DNA of 64,000 nucleotides. Source: Candidatus Nomurabacteria bacterium. Lineage in GTDB: Bacteria > Patescibacteriota > Minisyncoccia > Phycocordibacterales > UBA9973. The notes below the pieces were generated by a model that saw nothing but the letters and a program-made list of their open reading frames with translations, searched no databases and had not been told where the DNA came from. This document shows, piece by piece, positions 44,888 through 53,905 of this stretch. The stretch lies in NCBI GenBank assembly GCA_029288805.1, contig JARIGO010000017.1, positions 2,884 through 66,883 on the forward strand. The letters run 5' to 3'. The position numbers were made by a program, and so were the translations under genes. The first letter of the stretch is position 1. Each line of letters opens with the position of its first letter.

Positions 44888-44986
44888 GCGAAAACACCCT
44901 ATTTGCCGGCTCTCGCAGGACGACTGGTCCGAGAGTGAGCGAATTTTCAGCAGAAAATTACGCGACGGCAAATAGGGTGTTTTCGC
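44888..44986. repeat. structured element: 21-bp perfect inverted repeat (GCGAAAACACCCTATTTGCCG / CGGCAAATAGGGTGTTTTCGC) enclosing two internal hairpins
   Basis: The outer arms are at 44888-44908 and 44966-44986. Inner hairpin 1 is GCTCTCG..CGAGAG(T) and inner hairpin 2 is GAATTTTC-agca-GAAAATT. It lies in the rsmI to 45024 intergenic region. Confidence 0.55.
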
Positions 44987-45023
44987 GTAACATGGGTAAT
45001 TCAGAGTATGATATAATATCTCT

Positions 45024-45245
45024 ATGATTGGAAAATTACGATTGTTGTTTTGGCTCGGCATTGTCATGCTTTTCTTGCCATTTTTCGGTATTCCTAATAC
45101 CTGGAAAACCGTCCTTGCAGTCCTGATCGGCATCGGCTTAATTTTCATATCTGTCAGCCTGCGCAAGAAGCACCGGCATTTGCGAAGCGTTATTCGTAAC
45201 CTCGAGCAAACCGTAACAGAACATACTATCAACATTCATGAATAA
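45024..45245 (+). CDS. small membrane protein, 73 aa (2 TM)
   Basis: The ORF is hydrophobic and overlaps the following protease gene start by 8 nt. Confidence 0.45.
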   Translation: MIGKLRLLFWLGIVMLFLPFFGIPNTWKTVLAVLIGIGLIFISVSLRKKHRHLRSVIRNLEQTVTEHTINIHE

Positions 45246-46515
45246 CGAAGAAAATCAAACAACACAAGGGAAGGGTACTAAGCTTACACCGCGAGCAAAA
45301 GTGGCACTTCGTATTTTTGGCGCATTAGTACTCATTGCCGTTGTCTTTTTAGGTGGAGTGTATATCGGATATGACAATCGTCCTGCCTTTGCAAAGGTGA
45401 CAGGTCTCGTCAATGCAACTGATACTAACGTTACGACTGCGGACTTCAGTCCATTTTGGCAGGCATGGCAGATTGTAGAGCAGAACTTTGCCCCAGCCGC
45501 AGGCAAAACAACCAAAGTCACTGACCAAGACAAGGTCTACGGTGCCATTCAGGGCATGGTAGCGGCGTATGGCGATCCATATACGACATTCTTCCCACCA
45601 GCGCAAAATACTCAGTTCCAGGCTCAAATAGCAGGATCATTCAGTGGCGTCGGTATTGAAGTTGGTGAGAAAGACGGCGTGTTGACTGTCGTTACTCCGA
45701 TCAAAGGCTCACCCGCTGATAAGGCAGGTGTGAAGTCTGGAGATCAGATTATTAAAATCGATAACACAGGCACATCCAACATTACGGTTGATCAGGCTGT
45801 GACCTTGATCCAAGGCAAGAGTGGCACTACTGTTACGCTTACGCTTGCTCGTCAGGGCGTGGCAACACCGATTGTCGTACCAATCGTTCGCGGTACCATC
45901 GACCTTCCAACTGTTGATACTGAGACACAGGGCAATGTCTTTATCATTCACTTCTACACATTCTCTGCAAATTCAGCCGCACTGTTTAGAGATGCAATGA
46001 CAAAATACCTTGCGTCAGGTGATCATAATCTCTTGATTGACCTTCGTGGCAATCCAGGCGGCTATCTTGATGCTGCTGTTCAGATTGGTAGTGAGTTTAT
46101 TCCACAAGGAAAGACCATCGTGAAGGAAATTGGTAAGACTGCCAGCGATACCACCACATATACAAGTACTGGCCCTGTTATTTTCCCAGCAGGCGACAAG
46201 CTTATCATTCTTGCAGACCAAGGCTCAGCCTCAGCTGCAGAAATTCTATCCGGTGCATTGAGTGAACAGGGTGTCGGTGTCTTGGTTGGGCAGCAGACAT
46301 TCGGTAAGGGATCAGTACAGCAGGTTATTCCATTGACCGATGACACTTCATTGAAGGTTACTGTGGCTCACTGGTATACGCCAAATGGCATCTCTATCTC
46401 AGCCAAGGGTCTTACTCCAAAGATTCTTATCCCATTTGATCAGACTGCAAAGACTGATACACAATTACAAAAAGCAGTTGCGCTCTTCGCAGATCCTGCT
46501 ACATTTCAGAAATAA
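45238..46515 (+). CDS. carboxyl-terminal processing protease (S41 family, CtpA-like) with PDZ domain
   Basis: The ORF has a TM anchor, a PDZ domain (GVGIEVGEKDGVLTVVTPIKGSPADKAGVKSGDQIIKID) and the S41 catalytic region (LIDLRGNPGGYLDAAV ... ASAAEIL). Confidence 0.85.
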   Translation: MNNEENQTTQGKGTKLTPRAKVALRIFGALVLIAVVFLGGVYIGYDNRPAFAKVTGLVNATDTNVTTADFSPFWQAWQIVEQNFAPAAGKTTKVTDQDKVYGAIQGMVAAYGDPYTTFFPPAQNTQFQAQIAGSFSGVGIEVGEKDGVLTVVTPIKGSPADKAGVKSGDQIIKIDNTGTSNITVDQAVTLIQGKSGTTVTLTLARQGVATPIVVPIVRGTIDLPTVDTETQGNVFIIHFYTFSANSAALFRDAMTKYLASGDHNLLIDLRGNPGGYLDAAVQIGSEFIPQGKTIVKEIGKTASDTTTYTSTGPVIFPAGDKLIILADQGSASAAEILSGALSEQGVGVLVGQQTFGKGSVQQVIPLTDDTSLKVTVAHWYTPNGISISAKGLTPKILIPFDQTAKTDTQLQKAVALFADPATFQK

Positions 46516-46517
46516 CT

Positions 46518-46958
46518 ATGAAAGTCATACTACTTAAATCAGTACCAAAACTCGGCAAAAAGGACGATATCATTACTGTACCTGACGGGTACGCCCAGAA
46601 TGCGCTATTTCCTAAAAAGCTTGCTGTCATCGCTACAGATCAGGCTGTTGCTCAGCTGAAGCGCACACAGGAAAACACGGTTACTCAGAAAAAAATCCAG
46701 CATGAATTGCTCGATAAGGCTATTGGAAGCTTGGAAGGACGAACGCTTATATATAGTGCCAAGAAAAACGAAAAGGGAAGTCTCTTCTCAAAAGTAACCG
46801 AGCTCGATATCAGTAAGGCACTCATGACACAACATCGTATCAGTATTGATGCGAAGTTGCTTACTATCAAGGACGGTCATATCAAGCAAACAGGGAACTA
46901 TGTTGTTGAAGTAAAGGACGGGGAATACAAATCTGATTTTACCGTCGCTGTGCAATAA
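46518..46958 (+). CDS. rplI: 50S ribosomal protein L9
   Basis: The protein reads MKVILLKSVPKLGKKDDIITVPDGYAQNALFPKKLA. Confidence 0.85.
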   Translation: MKVILLKSVPKLGKKDDIITVPDGYAQNALFPKKLAVIATDQAVAQLKRTQENTVTQKKIQHELLDKAIGSLEGRTLIYSAKKNEKGSLFSKVTELDISKALMTQHRISIDAKLLTIKDGHIKQTGNYVVEVKDGEYKSDFTVAVQ

Positions 46959-46959
46959 A

Positions 46960-46990
46960 AAAATCCCCACAATGTGGGGATTTTTTTATT
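46960..46990. terminator. bidirectional terminator AAATCCCCAC-aat-GTGGGGATTT between convergent rplI and rpmA
   Basis: A perfect 10-bp stem has an A-run upstream and a T-run downstream. Confidence 0.75.
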
Positions 46991-47273
46991 ACGCTCTAGT
47001 ATCTAAAACATTTACCATCTTACGAACAGTAGTTGTACCGTCGTAATTAAGCTTGCGCTTTTGAGTAAATTTCACGAATCCAGGCTTCAATGCGTAGATT
47101 GTGTGATCCTTACCCATAGCTACTGCCTTACCAGCAAGAATCTTACTACCGCGCTGACGAACGATGATAGAACCAGCCTGTGCTGCCTGTCCATCGTACA
47201 ACTTGGTACCAAGATACTGTGGGTTTGAATCTGTTAGGTTTTTTGCCGCTCCTTGGGCTTTCTTATGTGCCAT
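46989..47273 (-). CDS. rpmA: 50S ribosomal protein L27
   Basis: The protein reads MAHKKAQGAAKNLTDSNPQYLGTKLYDGQAAQAGSIIVRQRGSKI ... GKDHTIYAL. The start is taken at MAHKK (47273), not the upstream ATG of the track ORF. Confidence 0.8.
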   Translation of the reverse strand: MAHKKAQGAAKNLTDSNPQYLGTKLYDGQAAQAGSIIVRQRGSKILAGKAVAMGKDHTIYALKPGFVKFTQKRKLNYDGTTTVRKMVNVLDTRA

Positions 47274-47310
47274 AGTACGAGTATGATAGCCCAATCAGTA
47301 CTTTCTGTCA

Positions 47311-47736
47311 ATGTACCGATCTTTACGCTATACTAGGGGAATGCTGACCTTTATTGACCGATATCATAAGCATTTATTAGCTATTTCAGGAACGCTTGTT
47401 GTCATTCTGGCCTTCTATACGGGGTTTTTAGAAGGGAATAGAACCGCTACTGTACAGCCCGTAACCCTATCATGCAAAGATAACGTTTTAGATAAATTGT
47501 CAATACCAGTGCAAGCATTAGCAAATGGTATAACTGCTCATGCAGCATCACAACCAAACCCAGCCTCCATTGAAGCTACGGCGAACAAAGAGGGTGCTTA
47601 CGTGGGATCAAAGAACGGTACCAAGTACTATCTCCCGACATGCAGTACTGCCAAACGCATTAAGCCAGCAAATTACATCTGGTTCACCAGTGCAGAAGAT
47701 GCACAGATTCAAGGATACACCCAAGGAAAATGTTAA
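47311..47736 (+). CDS. membrane-anchored protein with C-terminal Ada-Zn-binding-like domain lacking two of the four Cys
   Basis: The N-terminal TM is LLAISGTLVVILAFY. The C-terminus KYYLPTCSTAKRIKPANYIWFTSAEDAQIQGYTQGKC follows the Y-x-P-x-C...N..F.S.eeA...GY...C pattern of Ada-like metal-binding domains. Confidence 0.4.
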   Translation: MYRSLRYTRGMLTFIDRYHKHLLAISGTLVVILAFYTGFLEGNRTATVQPVTLSCKDNVLDKLSIPVQALANGITAHAASQPNPASIEATANKEGAYVGSKNGTKYYLPTCSTAKRIKPANYIWFTSAEDAQIQGYTQGKC

Positions 47737-48659
47737 AATCAATCTTATCACTTTGTATAACAGCAGCGTTCGGATTATTGGTATGTGTCTTGCTTTTTCC
47801 AGTTCAGACCAATCAGGCGGCACGAAAGGTCTTGGGCGGGGCGGTTACGCTTAACAATGCTACAGGTATTAGCACACCAGTCAGTGTCATATTTCGCGCC
47901 ATTAGTTCTGTTATTGCTAAGCCTTCGACAACTACCACGATGGTAACCGATCAGAACCCAAACTCACCATTGTCGATTGAGAATATTATCGATGCTACAA
48001 ACAATGAACGCATCAAGGCAGGCTTAACGCCACTGAAGGTGAATGAGAAGCTTGAGACTTCTGCAAAAATAAAAGTCGACGATATGATTACCAATCAGTA
48101 CTTCGAGCACACATCACCGTCAGGAAAGACTGTAGCTGATCTGGGTAATGAGGTAGGGTATGACTATGTTGTCATGGGAGAAAACTTGGCTCTAGGAGAC
48201 TTTAGCAGTGCCAGCGATTTGCTTCAGGCATGGATGAACAGCCCTGGTCACCGCGCCAACATTTTGAATGCAAGCTATCAGGACATTGGTGTCTATGCTG
48301 CGCAAGGCACGTATCAAGGACGCACTGTATGGTTTGCTGTACAGCACTTTGGTACGGAACGGGGAGTCTGTCCTGCCGTAAACAGCTCCATCAAGGCTAG
48401 TATTGATAGTCTTAACGCCACGATTAAGCAGGAGGAGAGTCAGATCGACAGTTTGCGCACTCAAATAGAGGATCCGAACCATCCTGAAGGCCAAAGCTAT
48501 AGTAACCTCATCGCACAGTTCAATTCGTTGGTTGCTGTCTACAATACCAACGTCGCGGCCTCTCAGCAAAAAATTACTCAGTACAACCAAGAAGTTGTAG
48601 CGTTTAACAAATGTCTGGGGCAATACCAAGTGTCTGAGCCTGCTGAGGCAAAAGATTAA
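47730..48659 (+). CDS. secreted CAP-domain (SCP/PR-1-like) protein with C-terminal coiled-coil tail
   Basis: A signal anchor is present. The CAP motifs are HTSPSG, GENLA and WMNSPGHRANIL...YQDIGV. Confidence 0.75.
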   Translation: MLKSILSLCITAAFGLLVCVLLFPVQTNQAARKVLGGAVTLNNATGISTPVSVIFRAISSVIAKPSTTTTMVTDQNPNSPLSIENIIDATNNERIKAGLTPLKVNEKLETSAKIKVDDMITNQYFEHTSPSGKTVADLGNEVGYDYVVMGENLALGDFSSASDLLQAWMNSPGHRANILNASYQDIGVYAAQGTYQGRTVWFAVQHFGTERGVCPAVNSSIKASIDSLNATIKQEESQIDSLRTQIEDPNHPEGQSYSNLIAQFNSLVAVYNTNVAASQQKITQYNQEVVAFNKCLGQYQVSEPAEAKD

Positions 48660-49213
48660 AAGACGAAGGGAATTAGTCGCTTAACTTTTTTCATGTATGC
48701 AGGGTATTCGTGAGGAAATTGTGTAAGCATATATTTTTCCTCAAGCTTAAGCTTGATATAGAAACTGATGGCAATAACGAGAAATCCGATTATGCTATAA
48801 ACAGTTCCTACAAGCAAAAGATCTGCAAGAAGCAAACTCAGCACTCCTGTATAAATTGGATGACGAACAAAACGATATGGACCGCTGGTGATCATCCTGT
48901 GGTCCTTTTTGATTTGTACTGATCCGCTCCAGTTTGAACCAAGAGCAAAACGAGCCCAGACAGAAGTTACTACGCCTATGATTGCGAAGACGTCTCCGAT
49001 GATGAGCGTCGTTAAGTTGGCATGAAAGGCAGCTGGACCTCCTACCCAGAACAGTACAACACCAAGAAGGAGAGTAAGAATGTACCAGGTACGCTGACGG
49101 TGGGATTTGCGAATGGCGGTTTTCTTGGACCAGCTCCAAGCAAAGATCCAAACCAACCCAAAAATAATCCAACATATTGAAATAATATTTTGCGCAAAAA
49201 TTTCTGTAATCAT
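48656..49213 (-). CDS. isoprenylcysteine carboxyl methyltransferase (ICMT)/phospholipid methyltransferase family membrane protein
   Basis: The multi-TM protein carries the family motif GPYRFVRHPIYTG. Confidence 0.75.
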   Translation of the reverse strand: MITEIFAQNIISICWIIFGLVWIFAWSWSKKTAIRKSHRQRTWYILTLLLGVVLFWVGGPAAFHANLTTLIIGDVFAIIGVVTSVWARFALGSNWSGSVQIKKDHRMITSGPYRFVRHPIYTGVLSLLLADLLLVGTVYSIIGFLVIAISFYIKLKLEEKYMLTQFPHEYPAYMKKVKRLIPFVF

Positions 49214-49751
49214 TTTTAAATTATACCAGGGTAGAGAGCATATCCACCTTAATTCTTTTGTTGCCCTGAGCCCTTTCTACACCCCAGGGGAGAAACTATA
49301 TTAACGTCGTACAATATATCTTTTACGACACTATATTTAAAAATAAGCCTTATATACCAATATGCATAGATTCGACTCTGACTACCTTTGCATAGGTCTT
49401 GCCTATGCAGATCAATTAATTTATTCAATCATCTAGATTAAGTTTCTACGCTGAACATATGTTCACTCAAGGTGATAGAAAAAAGCGAGCTTGAGGCTCG
49501 GCTTAATTTCTACTATTCCAGGGGAGTCACTTCCCTTTTAATTTTCTTCCCATGAGCAATCCTAAACTCTTTTTTTGCTCCTACTTAAATTGGCATTACT
49601 GCATGATCATGGACCAACACTGTATGGCGCAAAGGAGTACAATGATCTGTCATATCGGTTTCATGAAGAAACAGTGTAAGGAAATTGATATTTCTCCTAT
49701 CAGGATTTTTCTGATATAATCCAGTTAAAGTTTATAGTAATTAATTAGTTA

Positions 49752-49790
49752 AAGCCCCCACGCAGCGAGTGCAATGGGGCTTTTTATTTT
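49752..49790 (+). terminator. plus-strand rho-independent terminator with no upstream plus-strand CDS
   Basis: AGCCCC (49752-49757) pairs with GGGGCT (49775-49780), an inner CAC..GTG stem is present, and the hairpin is followed by TTTTTATTTT. Confidence 0.55.
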
Positions 49791-49794
49791 AAAA

Positions 49795-49826
49795 AAGCCC
49801 CATCATGTTTGGGGCTTTTGAGAACC
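49795..49826 (-). terminator. terminator for minus-strand gene 49803-50396 (GCCCC-atcatgttt-GGGGC)
   Basis: On the minus strand the hairpin is followed by TTTTTT (the A-run at 49790-49795 on the plus strand). It overlaps the stop codon of the gene. Confidence 0.6.
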
Positions 49827-50396
49827 TAGTTCTAATTCTTTAGCTTTTTCAGAAAAATACTCTTCGATGTCCTCGGTCATCCATTCTGTAGGAATACGCT
49901 TTTGAAACCAAATGCTCCTGACTGGGTTATCAAGCTCAAGAGCGATTATTCCTATGAGGCATAAGAAGAATGCGGATACAGAAACAAACAGAATACCGGC
50001 AAAGTTATTTTCATACTTTGTCACCATTACAAAAAGTTGTATCGCCAATGCCATGCTACCAAGCAGAATGTGAAGCATGACAGGCATCTTTTCATCGCGT
50101 TGTGCAAGAAAGTCATCTTTTTGATGCCGTACGACGTATGAAGACATTTTTTTATATTTCTCCCAGTTTGAGGTAATGACCAGAGCCGCTACTACGCCGT
50201 ACGCAATAGCAATCAATGATACTCCCATGGTTAGTGGAAGTTCTGACTTTTCTAAAAATATGCCATGGTCTTTCATCGCATACCAGATAATGACAAAAAG
50301 TATGGATACTGAAAAGGGCTTTGATAGCATGACGGCATGACGACGTATCAGGTTTGTCACCCTGTTTTCGTAGATGAAGTTTCCGATTTTTTTCAT
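49803..50396 (-). CDS. hypothetical membrane protein, 197 aa (4 TM)
   Basis: The ORF is clean and has several hydrophobic helices. Confidence 0.55.
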   Translation of the reverse strand: MKKIGNFIYENRVTNLIRRHAVMLSKPFSVSILFVIIWYAMKDHGIFLEKSELPLTMGVSLIAIAYGVVAALVITSNWEKYKKMSSYVVRHQKDDFLAQRDEKMPVMLHILLGSMALAIQLFVMVTKYENNFAGILFVSVSAFFLCLIGIIALELDNPVRSIWFQKRIPTEWMTEDIEEYFSEKAKELELGSQKPQT

Positions 50397-50462
50397 ATGT
50401 TAAATTTTTTCCCATACTACTCCCTACTCTTGCCAAAGTCAATATTTAGTTGTGTGATATTA

Positions 50463-50882
50463 TCATTTCACCGGCTGAATCAAGCTAACACGATTGCCTT
50501 CGGTATCCTGGATAGAAATGTACATGCCGACGCCGGGAATCATCTGAGGTTCCATACTATGTCCACCTGTGGCATCCATGGTACCTAGGATTGTACCACC
50601 GTTGTTTCTTACTGCTTCAACTGCTGCATGAATATCAGGTACCGAAATGACGAATGATGGTGCGTGTGATTCTGGACTGGCAGTCTTCGCATAAAAGCCT
50701 CCGTTGATGGAGCCGGGTTTTTGAATCATGCCATGCTCGTCGGTTTCTGATGTTTGGGCTATGACATAATTTCCCATTTCAGGGCCAAGCTGCTGCATCT
50801 TCCATCCAAACGCACTTTCATAAAACTTCTTCATTCGCTCACGATCATCATATCCCATTTCAAAATGTGTTACTGGATTCAT
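50463..50882 (-). CDS. VOC-family (glyoxalase/bleomycin-resistance/dioxygenase fold) protein
   Basis: The N-terminus reads HFEMGYDDRERMKKFYESAFGW, and duplicated beta-alpha-beta-beta-beta modules follow. Confidence 0.8.
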   Translation of the reverse strand: MNPVTHFEMGYDDRERMKKFYESAFGWKMQQLGPEMGNYVIAQTSETDEHGMIQKPGSINGGFYAKTASPESHAPSFVISVPDIHAAVEAVRNNGGTILGTMDATGGHSMEPQMIPGVGMYISIQDTEGNRVSLIQPVK

Positions 50883-50901
50883 ATGTAGTATGCAATTTAA
50901 A

Positions 50902-51369
50902 TTAATTATTCTTGATAAATTCCACCAACTTCTCTAACTGTTGTTCCCATCCTGCTGGCATGCCGTTGAGCATGTCTTCGACGTGAGGCCCAGTCCCCTT
51001 TGCCCCAGTATGAACCGTTAGTTTTGTGCCTCCATCTGCGTCTTCAAACGTTACTGTGGTAACTCCTTCAAGAACAATATTTTCTTCCTGATCTAATGCA
51101 TTGTTCGTAAAGACAAGTTTTTCATTTTGAGCCACTTCAGTGAATTCTCCTTTGATAGGAGCTTTCATGCCACTCCACTCACCCATGTCCTCTCCGCCTT
51201 GCATAACGATATAAATCTGCCCGCCCACCTTAGCGTCTACTTCACAGACGGGGTTAGTAAAACCATTCGGTGCCCACCATTGTGCTACCTGGTCTGGATT
51301 AGTCCATGCCTCCCATACTCGCTCGCGCGGTGCGTCAATAATTTTTGTAAGTGTTATATATTTTTCCAT
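50902..51369 (-). CDS. SRPBCC superfamily protein (AHSA1/Aha1-like)
   Basis: The N-terminus ITLTKIIDAPRERVWEAWTNPDQVAQWWAP is characteristic of the AHSA1 domain family. Confidence 0.8.
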   Translation of the reverse strand: MEKYITLTKIIDAPRERVWEAWTNPDQVAQWWAPNGFTNPVCEVDAKVGGQIYIVMQGGEDMGEWSGMKAPIKGEFTEVAQNEKLVFTNNALDQEENIVLEGVTTVTFEDADGGTKLTVHTGAKGTGPHVEDMLNGMPAGWEQQLEKLVEFIKNN

Positions 51370-51460
51370 ACGATAATTGTACTCCTTGCGCTTTTCTACA
51401 CAAGGAGTAAACTTTCAGGGAATTGTTTTCATAGGCGATTTTTTTTAAAGTGATGATGTG

Positions 51461-51500
51461 AGCAGCCCAGGCATATGTTGTGCAAGGGCTGCTTTTTTCT
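51461..51500 (+). terminator. plus-strand terminator-like hairpin GCAGCCC-17nt-GGGCTGC plus TTTTTT with no upstream plus-strand gene
   Basis: The hairpin lies in the intergenic region upstream of the AHSA1-like gene. Its function is unclear. Confidence 0.35.
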
Positions 51501-51581
51501 TTGCGTGATGATTTATAGGAAATAAAAAGCCCTCTTCTTGAGAAGAGGGTTGTCAGTCATGAGTAACTGACGGGTCGGGGG

Positions 51582-51896
51582 CTAATAGATAAGGGACAAT
51601 TTTTTATATTCAAAATATGCCGCTGTGAGCTTAGATTTTTCTTCGGTATAGCCATCAAACCGGCGCTCTAACAAGTCAATTTTTTGGTCGTGCTGTTCAT
51701 AACAGCTGTCGTCTACCTTTCCCCAATCTTTTAATGTCTTGTAGTTACTAACTGTGAGCTGCAAGTCTTCAGATAATACCGCCTGCAAATCATTTCTCGT
51801 GCGATTGATTTTTCGCTGCACAATTCGTAATTGTTCTTTTAGTATTACCACCCTGATGCTGTTCAGGAATAAGGTAATAATCATTTCTACGTTCAT
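51582..51896 (-). CDS. hypothetical protein, 104 aa
   Basis: The ORF is clean and is preceded by the hairpin AGCCCTCTTC-ttga-GAAGAGGGTT at 51533-51560, which would act as its terminator. Confidence 0.4.
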   Translation of the reverse strand: MNVEMIITLFLNSIRVVILKEQLRIVQRKINRTRNDLQAVLSEDLQLTVSNYKTLKDWGKVDDSCYEQHDQKIDLLERRFDGYTEEKSKLTAAYFEYKKLSLIY

Positions 51897-51996
51897 ACTA
51901 TTAGGTTTTCTCTAGTATATAAAATTTGTTGACAAAGTCAATAAACGTAGCAATGTAAAAAGCAGCCCGTAAAGGCTGCTTTGTTTGTTGGCTTGA

Positions 51997-53193
51997 TTAA
52001 TTATGCTTTAGTATATGGTTTCCTATACTAAAGATAACGCCAAAGCTTGGGTAATGAGGTTCATATCTCTGCATACGTACGTTCACAGTTGCTGCCACAC
52101 TAGGTGTAATGTTGTAGGCAACGCCGCATGACCAATAGTACTTGGTAGGATATACCGCATTGTAGTGAACATACCTTCCATAACTTGCGGTAAACGTAGT
52201 GCGTCCGAGCCGTATGTCTCCTCCGACGCTAACGCCGGCGCTCACATGATCATATGAGCTAAACTGTCCTTGGTACGTATTAAAAAAGTTGTCCCAAGAA
52301 AACGTTTTTGTGTAATACAATAGGTCCGTCGCAATCTTTAATGCAAAGACATCGTTGATGTGGTACTTGTATGCCAGTGAGGCTGCAAGCTGATACAACA
52401 TTGATCGTTCCTTTGTTTGCGCTACCGCTGTATCAAGATACATGGGCTGTCCAGTTTTCTGATTGATAAAATATCCCAATCGAGTTAGCCCTCGCTTCCC
52501 TATGCTGAAGGTAAAATCAAATGAGCTTTTATTCTCATTGTCATCGTATTGCTCAACATGATTTTTCAAACCCGTACTATGGATCCTCTTAACGAGACCA
52601 AAGAAGACAGTAGGGTTGTTAATGCCGTCATTTGGTGTTTGGAATGAAGCGTTTGAGAAATGGGGAATTCCACATCCTCCTTCTACGGCCAGTTCATCAG
52701 AAATAGAGACCTTGATCTTCAGTCTCAGTTGTACCACCGCATTGATATGACTACCAACTACCGGATTGTATATGGTATAAAACGTTTGGGTAATATACAC
52801 AATGCCGATACCAGGAGAAGCCGTTATCTCTACTTTTCCTGTCCTAAGGAGTGACATGTCAAGGGATGCGGTGACACCATAATCGTCGCCAAGCACTCCT
52901 TTTGAATGCGCCATTCCTTCCAAGGAGACATTTTGCATATCAACATAGATAGCATCAATACTTATATCTTTGACGTGCAGCATACGAACCCAATTAGTAC
53001 TATCGTTTTTTGTATTGATTTGGTATCCAACATCCACGCCGGAAGACGTTCCCATCATTTTGTTATTGAATGTGGAAAATGATTTCGGTATGAACATGCC
53101 ATCGGCTGAAACAGTGCTCAGCGAATCTTGTCCGAGGCAGCATTGTGTCCCGCAGAGGAACATAAAAATTGTTAAACATGCTATTGGTTTCAT
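51997..53193 (-). CDS. secreted beta-rich hypothetical protein with signal peptide, 398 aa
   Basis: The signal peptide is MKPIACLTIFMFLCGTQCCLG. The body shows alternating hydrophobic patterns and is Y/G/S/T-rich. No family was recognised. Confidence 0.55.
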   Translation of the reverse strand: MKPIACLTIFMFLCGTQCCLGQDSLSTVSADGMFIPKSFSTFNNKMMGTSSGVDVGYQINTKNDSTNWVRMLHVKDISIDAIYVDMQNVSLEGMAHSKGVLGDDYGVTASLDMSLLRTGKVEITASPGIGIVYITQTFYTIYNPVVGSHINAVVQLRLKIKVSISDELAVEGGCGIPHFSNASFQTPNDGINNPTVFFGLVKRIHSTGLKNHVEQYDDNENKSSFDFTFSIGKRGLTRLGYFINQKTGQPMYLDTAVAQTKERSMLYQLAASLAYKYHINDVFALKIATDLLYYTKTFSWDNFFNTYQGQFSSYDHVSAGVSVGGDIRLGRTTFTASYGRYVHYNAVYPTKYYWSCGVAYNITPSVAATVNVRMQRYEPHYPSFGVIFSIGNHILKHN

Positions 53194-53309
53194 ATTATTT
53201 ATTTAGTTGTGTAAGAGCCCTATTTGTTAAAATATTTATTACCATAAAAATATGAAAAAGTCAATAGAAAATGCCCCTCAATTTTTGAGGGGCATTTTGA
53301 ATTCTTATG

Positions 53310-53825
53310 TTAAGAAGTGTGATACTCTCTCACCTCTAACGCATTTGTTTTCACGAACACGGTTTTTGTGTCTTCCGATTCTGAGCGGGCAATGACCAGC
53401 ACGTCACCTCTCTGCACCAAGCTCTGATAGAGGGCCGCATCTTCATCATTAACACCAAGTCCGGTTAGAGCGCCGATCAATCCTCCCGCAACAGCGCCTG
53501 TCACGCCGCCAGCAACAGTTGTTGCCGCTACGCCGCCAATACCAAGGGCTGTAGCCAATGGTCCTGCCACAATGAGAGTGCCAAGCCCTGGCAATACACC
53601 ATTGGCAATGACAAATCCTGCGATAGCACCAATGACTACTCCGGCTGTTGCTCCTGTTGCCGCTCCGTCCCCAACCTTCTCTCCTGTTTGGTCGTCCTTA
53701 ATATCTCCATCGCTGTTGGTATAGATGTATGAAATATCTTCATCCGGAATGCCAAAGGCTCTCAATTCAGTAATGGCTTCACTCGCATCTGTATGTGTTG
53801 TATAAACTCCTAGTGTTGTAATCAT
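53310..53825 (-). CDS. general stress protein YflT/DUF1269-like with Gly-rich membrane segment
   Basis: The N-terminus reads MITTLGVYTTHTDASEAITELRAFGIPDEDISYIY. It is followed by a long G/A-rich hydrophobic stretch. Confidence 0.65.
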   Translation of the reverse strand: MITTLGVYTTHTDASEAITELRAFGIPDEDISYIYTNSDGDIKDDQTGEKVGDGAATGATAGVVIGAIAGFVIANGVLPGLGTLIVAGPLATALGIGGVAATTVAGGVTGAVAGGLIGALTGLGVNDEDAALYQSLVQRGDVLVIARSESEDTKTVFVKTNALEVREYHTS

Positions 53826-53905
53826 ATCAGTGTATATAGGTTATAAATACGGGTAGCGACGATACCCGTATCAATTAATACACTTCTACATGAAAAAAAC
53901 TTTCA

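Noticed and set aside
48192-49175. Minus-strand ORFs of 145 and 126 aa overlapping the CAP-domain gene and the ICMT-family gene in other frames
   Set aside because: Both overlap genes with clear family motifs, so they are shadow ORFs.
49214-49802. RNase P RNA, tmRNA or SRP RNA in the 590-nt ORF-free region
   Set aside because: I looked for the P4 strands (GGAAAGUCCGG and CCGGCUUA-type), the GGUGAAA module, a tRNA-like acceptor end before the terminator, and the SRP domain IV GGAA/AGCA motif. Only a local GCTCGGCTTA hairpin resembles the P4 3' strand, and nothing else matches. The region is kept as an unexplained finding rather than a named RNA.
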